57,488 nt of DNA from Thermoanaerobaculum aquaticum (GCA_020722885.1 DYJZ01000002.1:1-57488), one strand, 5' to 3'. Shown: positions 47,677 to 57,467, counted from the stretch's first letter. A program made the numbers and translations. The notes: generated by a model from the letters alone, not told the origin.

Positions 47677-48969
47677 TCAAATGCTTTTTGGCAGGAAAAA
47701 AGTAAATTTTGCATACCTGTCAACTTCAGAAACAGCATTTATCCAGCCTTTATGCTGAGTAATAATCCACCATGTTATGTACAATCCCAATCCTGTTCCT
47801 TTTATTCCGAGAGCTTTCGTCGTTTCAAGGCGTGAAAATTTCCTGAAAAGCTTTGCTCTCGCTTCCTCCGTAAAACCTTCACCTTCGTTTTTGACACTCA
47901 CATAAGCCCCATCGCCTTTAAAATCGATAAGCAATTCAATTTTTCCCCCTTCACGCCCGTATTGCGCACCGTTTCCAAGAAGATTTATGAGGACTATCTT
48001 TATAAGATTCGGGTCTAAAGAGAGAGGATATGGCTTACCTTCAATTTTCTGTTCAAAAACCATTTTTTTCTGTTCAATTTGCGGCATTGCAATTGCCACC
48101 GTTTCTTTGACAATTTCTTCAATAAAGTCAACATTGTCTTTGATGTTTATTTGCAGTCTTCCCTGCTCAATTCTTGAAAGATCGAGATAGTTTCTTACAA
48201 GTCCAAGAAGATACTCCGCCTTTGAAACCATTTTAGTCACAATCTCTTTCTGCTGCTGCGGCATTTCTCCCAGAAATCCTTGTTCAAGGAGTCTTCCCTG
48301 AGTTATCAAAGAAGCAATGGGATTTTTTATTTCGTGGCTTACAAAATTTAGAAGTTCCTTGTAGGAGTCTAAAGCTTTTTGAAGTTCTTCAATGTAATAG
48401 GCTTTTTCAAAAGCAAATGAAAGAGTATCTTTAAGTTCATTCAGGATTTTAAGTTCCCTTTCGCCATAGGCATTGGGATATGTTGAGTTAAAAAAGAGAA
48501 AACCAAGAGGCTTTTTCTCGGAATAGAGGGGAGTTATCATACTTGACCTTAATCCCTCTTTTAAAAGCATTTCTGTGGAAATACTATTTCTTCTCTGAAG
48601 TTTATAAGTTACAAGATCCTGGATTACTCGCGAACTTCGAGAAACCATAACTTTTTCGAGGGATGTCATCGCAATATCAAGCGAATATTCCTCTTTCATA
48701 TAAATAGTCTGATATTTGGTTCTCACAAATTTACAAACAACTCTTTTTCCATCCTCTTCAAGAAAAGCCAGCGCCATTCTGTCAAAAGAAAGAATGTCCC
48801 CAAAAGTCCAGAAAACAGTTTCGAGAATTTCGCTTAGTGAGTTTCCCCTTAAAACCCTTTCTTTTACAGTAAAAAGAAGTTCCTTTTCAGATTCCTCGTA
48901 AGATTTCTTCAAGGTAGAAGGAAATGGAAAATCAGATGAAGATCTGTCTTCCTTTTCGTCATTCCCCAT
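47677..48969 (-). CDS. cytoplasmic GAF-domain sensor histidine kinase
   Basis: H-box FVSHEIKNPIASL, N-box LLGNGAQY, G-box GTGLGLY. No TM segments and no adjacent response regulator. Confidence 0.85.
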   Translation of the reverse strand: MGNDEKEDRSSSDFPFPSTLKKSYEESEKELLFTVKERVLRGNSLSEILETVFWTFGDILSFDRMALAFLEEDGKRVVCKFVRTKYQTIYMKEEYSLDIAMTSLEKVMVSRSSRVIQDLVTYKLQRRNSISTEMLLKEGLRSSMITPLYSEKKPLGFLFFNSTYPNAYGERELKILNELKDTLSFAFEKAYYIEELQKALDSYKELLNFVSHEIKNPIASLITQGRLLEQGFLGEMPQQQKEIVTKMVSKAEYLLGLVRNYLDLSRIEQGRLQINIKDNVDFIEEIVKETVAIAMPQIEQKKMVFEQKIEGKPYPLSLDPNLIKIVLINLLGNGAQYGREGGKIELLIDFKGDGAYVSVKNEGEGFTEEARAKLFRKFSRLETTKALGIKGTGLGLYITWWIITQHKGWINAVSEVDRYAKFTFFLPKSI

Positions 48970-48977
48970 ATTTTCCC

Positions 48978-49661
48978 CTATTGAAAAGGTTCTTTAATAT
49001 TTACTCCGCTTCTTTTAATCTTTACTCCTTTGGGAATTTTCACTTCAAAAATTTTATCCTCAAGTTCGGGGTTAATGGTCCAATTTTTAAATTCAAATCT
49101 GACCCTGTCTCCTTCGGTTTCAGATAATTCTATTTTCTGGATTGTCAATGCTTCTTCGTCAATCCAGAAATCAAGCGAAGAAATTTTCTTCTGAAGGGAT
49201 TTTTTCTTGGGATAAAAAGTAATGTGAACTATTTTTTCATTTTCCATTTCTGTCTCAAAGTCAAATTTTTTCTCGAGTTCCTTAAAGGGAAGTTGAGCCC
49301 CCATATACTTCATGATTTTTGTCTGATATCTTTCGACATCCTGAACATATGCCTCTTTTTTTTTCGGATTGTAAACTAAAAGTTCACCTTTTTTTACAAG
49401 GTAATAAAGTTTTTCGGGAGACTCATAAAGATAAAGAGCTTTATCAGGTTTTTTTATATAAATTGTCCCCTTCAAAACTTCTGGCGATTTAAGCATCTTG
49501 AAATCGTTAGCCTGGATAAATGAAACTTTTATAGTTTGTATCTTTTCCTGAAATTTTTGTATTTTTTCGAGGATTTCCCTTGTGTCTTTTTTTCCGCTGT
49601 CCAAACTCAGGCAAAAAAGAGGAATTAAAAAAAGATAAATAACTCTGCAAATTTTAACCAT
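48978..49661 (-). CDS. LolA-like outer-membrane lipoprotein carrier family protein
   Basis: 227 aa with a signal peptide. Pattern typical of LolA-fold proteins (VSFIQ...LKGTIYIKKPDK...). Confidence 0.55.
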   Translation of the reverse strand: MVKICRVIYLFLIPLFCLSLDSGKKDTREILEKIQKFQEKIQTIKVSFIQANDFKMLKSPEVLKGTIYIKKPDKALYLYESPEKLYYLVKKGELLVYNPKKKEAYVQDVERYQTKIMKYMGAQLPFKELEKKFDFETEMENEKIVHITFYPKKKSLQKKISSLDFWIDEEALTIQKIELSETEGDRVRFEFKNWTINPELEDKIFEVKIPKGVKIKRSGVNIKEPFQ

Positions 49662-51195
49662 GCCTGAAATGTCTCCTTCCTGTAAAAATCATAGCCATAT
49701 CATATCTATTGGCGGCTTCAATTACTTCTTTATCTCTTATACTTCCGCCCGGCTGAATAACAGCGGTTATTCCACCTTTTCCCAATTCTTCTATACCATC
49801 AGGAAAAGGGAAAAAAGCATCCGAGGCCGCAACGCAACCTTTTGTATCTTTGTATGCTTTCATTCTGCTTATCTTTACCGAATCAACCCTGCTCATCTGA
49901 CCAGCACCAACTCCAACTGTGCCATTTTTGTCACAAATAACTATTGCATTTGATTTGACATGTTTACAAATAACATAGGCTAATTCGAGAGCTTCCATTT
50001 CTTCTTTAGTGGGTTCTCTCTTTGTGACCACTTTCCTCTCTCTGTCATCTAAAAAAGTGTCACTTTCCTGAACAAGAAGACCACCCGCAACCCTTTTGTA
50101 GTTTAATCCTTCAAAGAACTTTTGTTCTGCAATTGAGATAACTCTTAAATTCTTCTTTTTTGAAAAAACCTCAAGGGCATCATTTTCAAATTGAGGCGCT
50201 ATTACCACTTCAAGAAATATCTCCGAAAGCGAAAGAGCTGTTTCTCTGTCAACAGGAACATTAAAAGCAACGATTCCACCAAATGCGGAAAGAGGATCGG
50301 TCTCCTTCGCCCTCAAAAAAGCTTTCAAGGGGCTTTCGCCAATACCAACCCCGCATGGATTTGTGTGCTTGATTACTGCCGAAGCTGGTTCTGGCAAATC
50401 CAGAACAATGCCATAAGCAGCATCAATATCAACTATATTGTTATAGGAAAGTTCTTTTCCCTGATGTTTAATAAGATTTCCCAGATATCTTTCTTCATCC
50501 TTATAAAAAGCAGCTTTTTGATGGGGATTTTCTCCATATCTCAAATCCTCCACCTTCCTGAAAAAGAGGGGTATAAAAGGCGGGAAATCAGAAACATCCT
50601 CTGAAACAATGTGGGAAAGTTTTAAGGCAATTGCCGAATCGTATCTTGCCGTAACCTCAAATGCCTTTGCGGCAAGTTTCAGTCTCGTTTTGTAATCTAT
50701 TCCACCGTTTTTCTTAATCTGGTCCATAAGCAAAAAATAATCCTGTGGGTCAACAACGACGCACACAGACTCAAAATTTTTTGCAGCTGCCCTTACCATA
50801 GAAGGGCCACCAATATCAATCTTTTCAATAAGTTCTTCAAATGTTGCTGTTTTTATTTTTGCGGTTTCTTCAAAGGGATAAAAATTGACCACTATTAGAT
50901 CAATTGGTGCTCCACCCAATTCGCCGAGAGAGGCAAGGTCTTCTTCTGTCCTTCTTGCTAAAATGCCCCCGAAAACTTTAGGGTGAAGCGTTTTCAATCT
51001 TCCCTGCATCACCTCTTTCATTCCCGTAAAATCACTGACCTCTTTTACAGGAATACCTTCAAATTTAAGAGTTCTGGCTGTTCCACCGGTCGAAATAATT
51101 TCTATCTTTTTTGAGGACAAGAAGCGGGCTAAAGGAACAAGATTCTCCTTGTTTGAAACTGAAATAATCGCTCTGTGGACTTCAAGCTTTTTCAT
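49654..51195 (-). CDS. purH: bifunctional AICAR transformylase / IMP cyclohydrolase
   Basis: 513 aa. N-terminal MGS-like domain (RAIISVSNK) and a conserved C-terminal end, TGRRHFRH. Confidence 0.95.
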   Translation of the reverse strand: MKKLEVHRAIISVSNKENLVPLARFLSSKKIEIISTGGTARTLKFEGIPVKEVSDFTGMKEVMQGRLKTLHPKVFGGILARRTEEDLASLGELGGAPIDLIVVNFYPFEETAKIKTATFEELIEKIDIGGPSMVRAAAKNFESVCVVVDPQDYFLLMDQIKKNGGIDYKTRLKLAAKAFEVTARYDSAIALKLSHIVSEDVSDFPPFIPLFFRKVEDLRYGENPHQKAAFYKDEERYLGNLIKHQGKELSYNNIVDIDAAYGIVLDLPEPASAVIKHTNPCGVGIGESPLKAFLRAKETDPLSAFGGIVAFNVPVDRETALSLSEIFLEVVIAPQFENDALEVFSKKKNLRVISIAEQKFFEGLNYKRVAGGLLVQESDTFLDDRERKVVTKREPTKEEMEALELAYVICKHVKSNAIVICDKNGTVGVGAGQMSRVDSVKISRMKAYKDTKGCVAASDAFFPFPDGIEELGKGGITAVIQPGGSIRDKEVIEAANRYDMAMIFTGRRHFRHG

Positions 51196-51983
51196 TTCGA
51201 TTTCCCCTTTTTTTCAAGAAACGGGGTTCCTTTTATATCCCCATCCATTTTTTTCCAGACCTCAAACCAGATTTTAGCTGCATCAGAAACACTCCTTGAA
51301 AGTATTCTCTGAGCAGCCCCGAAGGCATTTGACTTGTCGTCAAAACTTTTTGATGAAACTTTTATCCCTTCCGGGTAGTAACAGAAAAGTATAGAATCAA
51401 CATATCTTTTAAAATCTTCTTTCCTTTTCTGAAAATACCTGTAGAAAGGATTTTCAAGAGGTGGATTTTCATACCCGTCAAAAGTGAGGATCAATCTATA
51501 TATTTTGGTTTCGATGTATTTTTCATAATCTTCTCTTATTTCGACCACTCTCTCTTCATTTGTTTCTCTTAAAGGATCGTCAAGAAGAAAAACATAGCCT
51601 GCTATTCTTCCAAATTTGTTTGCAATAATCTCAAAAGAAGGTTGTCTTGCCGCAATAACGGGAAGCTCGTTAAATTCGTTCTCAAGTTTTGTGCAAATCG
51701 CCTCAGCTGTTGAATTGAAATCAATTTCAAGAACTTCAGTCGCTCCGGCAACAACCTCTCTTTTATAAACGCTTAAAAATCCTTTTAAAGATGGTGAAGA
51801 AAGCCATATGCACGAATCTATCATCTTTTCAATAGTAGCTTCCTGATAAGCAAAAAATGAAAAAGAAAATGTTAGAAAGGAGAAGATCATTATTGTCAAC
51901 CTGTTAAACCTTTTTAAAATTTCAACCAAACTAATACCTCCCAAACATATAAATTTAAAGTCAGGCTGGTGCAAACCATGCAA
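51192..51983 (-). CDS. hypothetical secreted/anchored protein
   Basis: No recognised motif. Likely starts at MIFSFLTFSFSFFA (51890). 4-nt overlap with purH. Confidence 0.5.
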   Translation of the reverse strand: MHGLHQPDFKFICLGGISLVEILKRFNRLTIMIFSFLTFSFSFFAYQEATIEKMIDSCIWLSSPSLKGFLSVYKREVVAGATEVLEIDFNSTAEAICTKLENEFNELPVIAARQPSFEIIANKFGRIAGYVFLLDDPLRETNEERVVEIREDYEKYIETKIYRLILTFDGYENPPLENPFYRYFQKRKEDFKRYVDSILFCYYPEGIKVSSKSFDDKSNAFGAAQRILSRSVSDAAKIWFEVWKKMDGDIKGTPFLEKKGKSK

Positions 51984-52129
51984 CTAAACTCAGCCTTTGC
52001 TATTATACCAGATTTTTTAGTAGTCAAGGATCTTTATGAAATTCTCACTTAAAAATTTATTCCTATAAAAACCATTTCATCACTTACGAGTTTTCTATAA
52101 ACTTTTATAAAAAACCACTGCTGTCCAAA

Positions 52130-52355
52130 ATAATTTGAAAGCTGAAACGGAATCCTGAAAAATTGAGGGTTCTGGACGGGTTTTAGGGAGGCTTGAAAAC
52201 GAGGCTCACTGTTTTTATGCCTGTATATGTCATTATGCTCTCCAATTAGTTCTCAAAAGGCTCGGCTGATAGGTTTCGGGTTCAATGGGCGGTGTTTGAA
52301 AAAACCTGTCGAGCCATTCCATAAGTCCTTTGTCAAAGCTATATGATAATGTCCT
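52130..52355 (+). repeat. repeat module M1 (second copy)
   Basis: Matches 6489-6715. Helices at 52150-52156/52166-52172 and 52259-52264/52310-52315. Confidence 0.8.
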
Positions 52356-52636
52356 TACTTAAACTAATTAGAAATGTTCTTAAAAAATGGCAAAAGAAAA
52401 ACCGCAAAAAGATTAAATAATTTTTGCAAACCTCCATTGAACCACCCCTCTAAGGCTTTCCGTTTCAGCTTTGTGAGTAAGAGGGAGATTGCATCGCCTG
52501 AGGAGGATTCGAAAGAGCACTCGCAATGACAGGGTTAGTGAGCACTCGCAACGGAGCATTTCTAAATAGTCTTGACATTTTTCCCCTTGACTTCTTAGAT
52601 GGTTCTGTCAAAATTTATTTTGGACAGATGTGATAA
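52346..52636 (+). repeat. repeat modules M2+M3+M4 (MITE-like), contiguous with M1
   Basis: Collinear with 1848-2157. Confidence 0.8.
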
Positions 52637-52726
52637 AAAACTATTCTTAAAAAAATCCCACTTGACATTCCTTTTGATTATAAAAAAAATGGTATATAAT
52701 TTCTTTTCTGGAAAGGAGAGGAGAAA

Positions 52727-53011
52727 ATGACCAAAACAGAAATGATTAAAAAACTTGCCGAAAAAACGGGCGTTCCTAAAAAAGAGGTAAAGAAAATAAT
52801 TGAAACTCTCTTCAGACCCGGAAAAGGCATCATCTCTATAACATTAAAGCAGGGAGATAAAATCACAATTTCTGGATTTGGAACTTTTTATCGTAGAGAA
52901 AGAAGCGAAAGAACCGCAAGAAATCCCAAAAATGGAAAGCAGGTTTCAGTTCCAAAGAGGCTTTACCCTGCTTTTAAACCTGCAAAAACTTTAAAAGATT
53001 CTTTCAAATAG
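52727..53011 (+). CDS. hup: HU-family DNA-binding protein
   Basis: 94 aa. GFGTFYRRERSERTARNPKNG arm motif. GGAGAGGAG RBS. Confidence 0.93.
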   Translation: MTKTEMIKKLAEKTGVPKKEVKKIIETLFRPGKGIISITLKQGDKITISGFGTFYRRERSERTARNPKNGKQVSVPKRLYPAFKPAKTLKDSFK

Positions 53012-53036
53012 GAACTTTTGAAATATTTATTTTTAT

Positions 53037-53111
53037 GGGCGATTAACTCAGCGGAAGAGTACTACCTTCACACGGTAGGAGTCACAGGTTCAAATCCTGT
53101 ATCGCCCACCA
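53037..53111 (+). tRNA. tRNA-Val (anticodon CAC), CCA encoded
   Basis: Manual cloverleaf. Acceptor GGGCGAT/ATCGCCC, D stem ACTC/GAGT, anticodon stem CTACC/GGTAG with loop TTCACAC, T arm ACAGG-TTCAAAT-CCTGT, then ACCA. Confidence 0.93.
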
Positions 53112-53124
53112 TTTGAGTTTTTTA

Positions 53125-53613
53125 ATGTCTTATAGGACGATAACTTTATGTGGATTTATGGGTGCTGGTAAAACAACCGTGGGAAGGATTCTGGCGAAAC
53201 GGCTCCATCTTCCTTTCAAAGACACCGACGAAATAATAGAAGAATCAGAAGGGATGAGCATTCCTGAAATTTTCCAGAAAAAAGGTGAGAACCATTTCAG
53301 GAATATTGAACTAACCGTTATACTTTCAACACCTAAAGATGGCGAACGGGTAATGGCTGTTGGCGGAGGAGGGTTTAACGAGAAAACCATTCCTTTTTTA
53401 AAAAGTATTGGTCCTACGATTTTTCTTGACCTTTCTTTTGAGGAGGTAAAAAGAAGAACCTCCACAGGCAAAAAGCGCCCTCTTATGGAAAATTCCAACC
53501 TTTTCGGGCTTTTCATAAAAAGAAAATCTCTCTATTTGAGGGCTCATCACACGGTATGGACAGAATCTTTGACGGTCGATGAGGTTGTTGAAACCATATT
53601 AAGACTGGTATAA
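53125..53613 (+). CDS. aroK: shikimate kinase
   Basis: GFMGAGKTTVGR and FKDTDEIIE motifs. ATG 53125 is preferred over TTG 53113, which abuts the tRNA. Confidence 0.88.
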   Translation: MSYRTITLCGFMGAGKTTVGRILAKRLHLPFKDTDEIIEESEGMSIPEIFQKKGENHFRNIELTVILSTPKDGERVMAVGGGGFNEKTIPFLKSIGPTIFLDLSFEEVKRRTSTGKKRPLMENSNLFGLFIKRKSLYLRAHHTVWTESLTVDEVVETILRLV

Positions 53614-53636
53614 TGGCTTTTTTGATAAGGTGATAA

Positions 53637-54389
53637 GTGGCAAAACGAAAAAGATATTTGATAATTTCTGACATCCACTCAAACGAAGAGGCGTTCTTTG
53701 CTGTTTTAAGAACAATTGCAAGAAGAAGGTATGAAGCGATTCTTTGTCTTGGGGACATTATCGGATACGGGGCTAGTCCTAATAAAGTTACTACAAAGGT
53801 CAGAAAATTGCCAGGCCTTAAAATAATAAGAGGCAATCACGACAAAGTGATGGCGAACGAGTCCCATATGGCAAATTTCAACAATTCAGCTAAAACTGCC
53901 ATTATGTGGACAAAAACAATCCTCAACAGGGAAAATCTGGAATATATCTCTTCCCTTCCAAAAGGTCCTCTTGAAATTGAAAAAGGATTGATTATCTGTC
54001 ACGGGTCTCCTTTCGACGAAGATTATTACCTCTTTTCAGAGTTTGATGCCTATCAAGTTTTCGAAAGAAGAGATTTCAATATATGCTTTTTTGGGCACAC
54101 TCATTTCCCCTGCATTTTTGTTCAGACAAATTCAGGAATAATTTTCAAGAATTTGAGAGGAGATTACCACGAAGAAATTTTAAAGAAAGAGTACAGATAC
54201 CTCATTAATCCAGGCTCCATAGGCCAGCCGAGAGACAGAAATCCTCAGGCATCTTTTGCTGAATATTACCCTGAAACCAGAAGGTTTGTATTAAGAAGAA
54301 TCCCTTATGATATTGAAAAAGCGGCTCAGAAAATAATTAAGGCGAAGCTTCCTGAAAATCTTGCCAACAGATTGAGGTTGGGAACATGA
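53637..54389 (+). CDS. metallophosphoesterase (second YfcE/MJ0936-like paralog)
   Basis: SDIHSN, GDIIGYG, GNHD, CHGSP and GHTH motifs. GTG start. Confidence 0.8.
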   Translation: MAKRKRYLIISDIHSNEEAFFAVLRTIARRRYEAILCLGDIIGYGASPNKVTTKVRKLPGLKIIRGNHDKVMANESHMANFNNSAKTAIMWTKTILNRENLEYISSLPKGPLEIEKGLIICHGSPFDEDYYLFSEFDAYQVFERRDFNICFFGHTHFPCIFVQTNSGIIFKNLRGDYHEEILKKEYRYLINPGSIGQPRDRNPQASFAEYYPETRRFVLRRIPYDIEKAAQKIIKAKLPENLANRLRLGT

Positions 54390-54646
54390 GTTTAGGTTTG
54401 AACCAGAATGTCGAAATAAATGGAGAGACTTACCACATTCAAATTGAAGACAAAGAAAAAGCAAAGTTTCTTGAAGTGAGAGTATATATTGAAGGAAGGA
54501 TAATTTTCCAGAAACGCCATTCATACGAGCATCTTCTTATGGACAAAGGGGGGGGAGAAAATTCACAGAGCGCTGTTCAAGAAGAACTAAAAAGACTCTT
54601 CTGTCTCACAAAAGCTGCTATTGAAAGAGGGAAAATCGCGAAATAG
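54386..54646 (+). CDS. hypothetical small protein
   Basis: 86 aa. 4-nt overlap with the preceding phosphoesterase gene. No motif recognised. Confidence 0.45.
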   Translation: MSLGLNQNVEINGETYHIQIEDKEKAKFLEVRVYIEGRIIFQKRHSYEHLLMDKGGGENSQSAVQEELKRLFCLTKAAIERGKIAK

Positions 54647-54718
54647 AATTTTTCTGGTCATTCCTTTTTTAGCCCTGCTTTAGTTAAATTATGGTAAAAT
54701 CTTTTCTGGGAGATTCTT

Positions 54719-55375
54719 ATGAAGAATGTTGGTATATTGATTTCTGGCAGAGGCTCAAATATGGTTTCTCTTTTGCGCTCGATGAAAGATGAAAACCATC
54801 CCTGCCTTCCGAGGATTGTAATTTCAAATGTAAAAGATGCATCAGGGCTCCAAAAAGCAAAAGAGTTCGGGGTAAAAACTGTGGTTATAGATCATAAAGA
54901 ATCAAAGACAAGGGAAGAGCATGACAAAAAGATTATAGATGCTTTAAATAAAGAAAATGTTGACATAGTTTGCCTTGCCGGTTATATGAGGCTTCTTTCT
55001 TCTCTTTTTGTCCAGAATTTTAAAAATAGAATTTTGAACATTCATCCCGCACTTCTGCCCTCTTTTCCGGGACTTAATGTTCAAAAAAAGGCTATTGACC
55101 ACGGTGTCAGATTTTCTGGTTGTACCGTTCACATTGTTGACGAATTGTGCGACCATGGACTAATTCTCCTTCAGGCAGTAGTTCCCATTTTTCCTGATGA
55201 CACAGAAGAAACGCTCTCTCAAAGAATCTTGCATTTCGAACACAAGATATACCCTCTTGCTCTGAGACTTTTTGCTGAAAACAAATTTGAAATAGAAGAA
55301 AAGAGAGCAATTCTTAAAATAACCAATAAGGAATATGAAAATCTTGTTAAAAATCTTATGTGGAACGGTGAGTAG
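54719..55375 (+). CDS. purN: phosphoribosylglycinamide formyltransferase
   Basis: [21 protein letters not shown] and HIVDE motifs. Confidence 0.93.
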   Translation: MKNVGILISGRGSNMVSLLRSMKDENHPCLPRIVISNVKDASGLQKAKEFGVKTVVIDHKESKTREEHDKKIIDALNKENVDIVCLAGYMRLLSSLFVQNFKNRILNIHPALLPSFPGLNVQKKAIDHGVRFSGCTVHIVDELCDHGLILLQAVVPIFPDDTEETLSQRILHFEHKIYPLALRLFAENKFEIEEKRAILKITNKEYENLVKNLMWNGE

Positions 55376-55377
55376 AA

Positions 55378-56601
55378 ATGAATTATGATATCGAAAGAGA
55401 CTTTGCAATTCTTACAAAAGGCTCAGTCAATCTTGTTGACGAAGAACTTCTAAAAAAGAAACTCAAAAGAAGTTATGAGAAAAACACCCCATTAATAGTA
55501 AAAGCGGGTTTTGACCCCTCTGCACCCGATCTTCATCTTGGACACACAGTAGTATTAAGAAAGATGAAGGCTTTTCAGGATCTTAATCACACTGTAGTTT
55601 TTGTAATAGGCGATTTTACTGGAATGATAGGAGACCCAACCGGTAAGAATGCAACACGACCTCAACTTACAAGAGAGGAGGTTGAACAAAACGCCGAAAC
55701 TTACAAAAAGCAGGTTTTCAAGATTCTTGACCCGCAAAAAACTATTGTAAGATTTAATTCTGAATGGCTTTCAAATCTTGGTGCTGAAGGTTTTATACGT
55801 CTTGCCGGGAAATACACAGTTGCGAGAATGCTTGAAAGGGAAGACTTCAAGAAAAGATTCAAGGAGGAAAGACCAATACATATCCACGAATTCCTCTATC
55901 CTCTTGCTCAGGCTTACGATTCTGTTGCCCTAAAGGCAGATGTTGAGCTGGGTGGTTCGGATCAACTTTTCAATCTTCTTGTTGGAAGAGAAATCCAGCG
56001 TGAATATGGCCAGGAGGAGCAGGTGGTTTTGACAATGCCTCTACTTGAAGGAACGGACGGCGTTGAGAAAATGTCAAAATCCCTCGGAAATTACATAGGA
56101 ATAAACGAAAACCCCAATGACATTTTCGGAAAAATTATGAGCATTTCAGACGCACTTATGTGGAAATATTACCTTTTGTGCACAGATTACCCCCTCAAAG
56201 AAATAGAAGCGATGAAAGAAAAAGTAGAGAATGGACTCCTCCATCCTATGGAAGCAAAGAAAAATCTTGGAGAAACCATAGTCAGATACTACCATGGTGA
56301 GAGCGCTTCAAAGGAGGCAAGACTTCATTTTGAAACGGTCTTTTCGAGGAAAGAAATACCAGAAGATATCGAAGAAATAAGAATAAAAAGAGGAGAACCC
56401 ATTCCTTTTCCGAAATTTCTCCTTGAACACCAACTTGTCAAATCCACATCAGAAGGAAGGCGGCTAATAGAACAGGGTGGAATTTCTCTGAACGGAAAAA
56501 AAGTAGAGGGAATACATTCAAACTTTCCGCTTAACGAAAGTGGGGAAAAAATTTTGAAAGTCGGGAAACTCAAACTAAAAAAAATAGTTGTGGAGGATTA
56601 A
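55378..56601 (+). CDS. tyrS: tyrosine--tRNA ligase
   Basis: HLGH and KMSKS motifs with a C-terminal S4-like domain. Confidence 0.95.
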   Translation: MNYDIERDFAILTKGSVNLVDEELLKKKLKRSYEKNTPLIVKAGFDPSAPDLHLGHTVVLRKMKAFQDLNHTVVFVIGDFTGMIGDPTGKNATRPQLTREEVEQNAETYKKQVFKILDPQKTIVRFNSEWLSNLGAEGFIRLAGKYTVARMLEREDFKKRFKEERPIHIHEFLYPLAQAYDSVALKADVELGGSDQLFNLLVGREIQREYGQEEQVVLTMPLLEGTDGVEKMSKSLGNYIGINENPNDIFGKIMSISDALMWKYYLLCTDYPLKEIEAMKEKVENGLLHPMEAKKNLGETIVRYYHGESASKEARLHFETVFSRKEIPEDIEEIRIKRGEPIPFPKFLLEHQLVKSTSEGRRLIEQGGISLNGKKVEGIHSNFPLNESGEKILKVGKLKLKKIVVED

Positions 56602-56602
56602 A

Positions 56603-56857
56603 ATGGCATTAACATCCTTTTTTCTCCTGTTCGGTACTATTGGCCTCCCGGAACTCCTGATAATTCTTTTAATACTTCTTTTGATTTTTGGCGCATCGAG
56701 ATTGCCTCAACTTGGAGGAGCCCTCGGCAGAACAGTAAAAAGTTTCAAAGAAGGAATGAAAGAGGCAGAGAAGCCCTCTCTCAAATGTCCCCAATGTGGT
56801 TATGAAACCAAAGAAGAAGCAGACTTCTGTCAAAAATGCGGCAAAAAACTAAAGTAA
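56603..56857 (+). CDS. tatA: TatA/E-family translocase subunit fused to a C-terminal zinc ribbon
   Basis: GLPELLIILLILLLIFGASRLPQLGGALGRTVKSFKEG followed by CPQCG-x11-CQKCG. ATG 56603 follows GGAGGA. Confidence 0.8.
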   Translation: MALTSFFLLFGTIGLPELLIILLILLLIFGASRLPQLGGALGRTVKSFKEGMKEAEKPSLKCPQCGYETKEEADFCQKCGKKLK

Positions 56858-57246
56858 AAGAGAAATTTTCTGCTTATTATTGGATTTTTATTTCATCTGG
56901 TTATCTTCTTATTTCGATTCTACTTATCTTTCATCTTGTAAACTATTTTTTTAGACTCTATGAAATTTACAATATTCTTCCGACCTATAAAACAGAAATA
57001 TGGCAGGAAATTTTTATTCTTATTGGTGCTCCTGTAACTTTAATTTTTTCCCTTATTTTATCTTTTAAGTTTCCAAAATGTTGCGGGGCACTTCTTCTAC
57101 TCGGTTCGGCACTGATTTCAACAGGAATTGCCTTCGAGAGCGGATATTACTTAAGAACCTATCTCCTTAAAATGGCACTTATTGGTTTACCCCAGATTCT
57201 TGCAGCCATCTTCTTTTTTAAGTCAAGAAAGCACTGGAGCAATTAG
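56836..57246 (+). CDS. hypothetical integral membrane protein
   Basis: 136 aa with 4 predicted hydrophobic helices. Overlaps tatA by 22 nt. Confidence 0.5.
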   Translation: MRQKTKVKEKFSAYYWIFISSGYLLISILLIFHLVNYFFRLYEIYNILPTYKTEIWQEIFILIGAPVTLIFSLILSFKFPKCCGALLLLGSALISTGIAFESGYYLRTYLLKMALIGLPQILAAIFFFKSRKHWSN

Positions 57247-57324
57247 CATATCTCTCTAAAACAACACGATTCTCTGGCACTTCTACGAAAGATAAATCAA
57301 AAAGGAAGTAACCATCTCTGTGGA

Positions 57325-57421
57325 AGATTGCTTCGCAAGCGAAGGCTTCGAAGGAGCACTCGCAATGACAGCACTCGAGTTGACGGGTAAGGCATCGGAG
57401 CATTTCTAAATAGTTTTGACA
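57325..57421 (+). repeat. partial repeat: M3 hairpin unit plus M4 fragment
   Basis: AGATTGCTTCGCAAGCGAAGGCTTCGAAGGAGCACTCGCAATGACAG ... GGAGCATTTCTAAATAGTTTTGACA. Confidence 0.75.
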
Positions 57422-57438
57422 AATTATCGACATAGCTC

Positions 57439-57467
57439 TTGACAGGAGGATGATGGTTATCTACAAT
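57439..57467 (+). promoter_or_regulatory. near-consensus sigma-70 promoter driving a gene beyond the window end
   Basis: TTGACA-17 nt-TACAAT. A GGAGGAG RBS at 57481-57487 follows. Confidence 0.6.

Noticed and set aside
51984-52130. Looked for a ZTP (pfl) riboswitch upstream of the purH operon, and upstream of purN (54647-54718)
   Set aside because: No GGGTCGTGAC...CCGGGCGGA...CCGCCTGGGC-like elements were found on the relevant strand.
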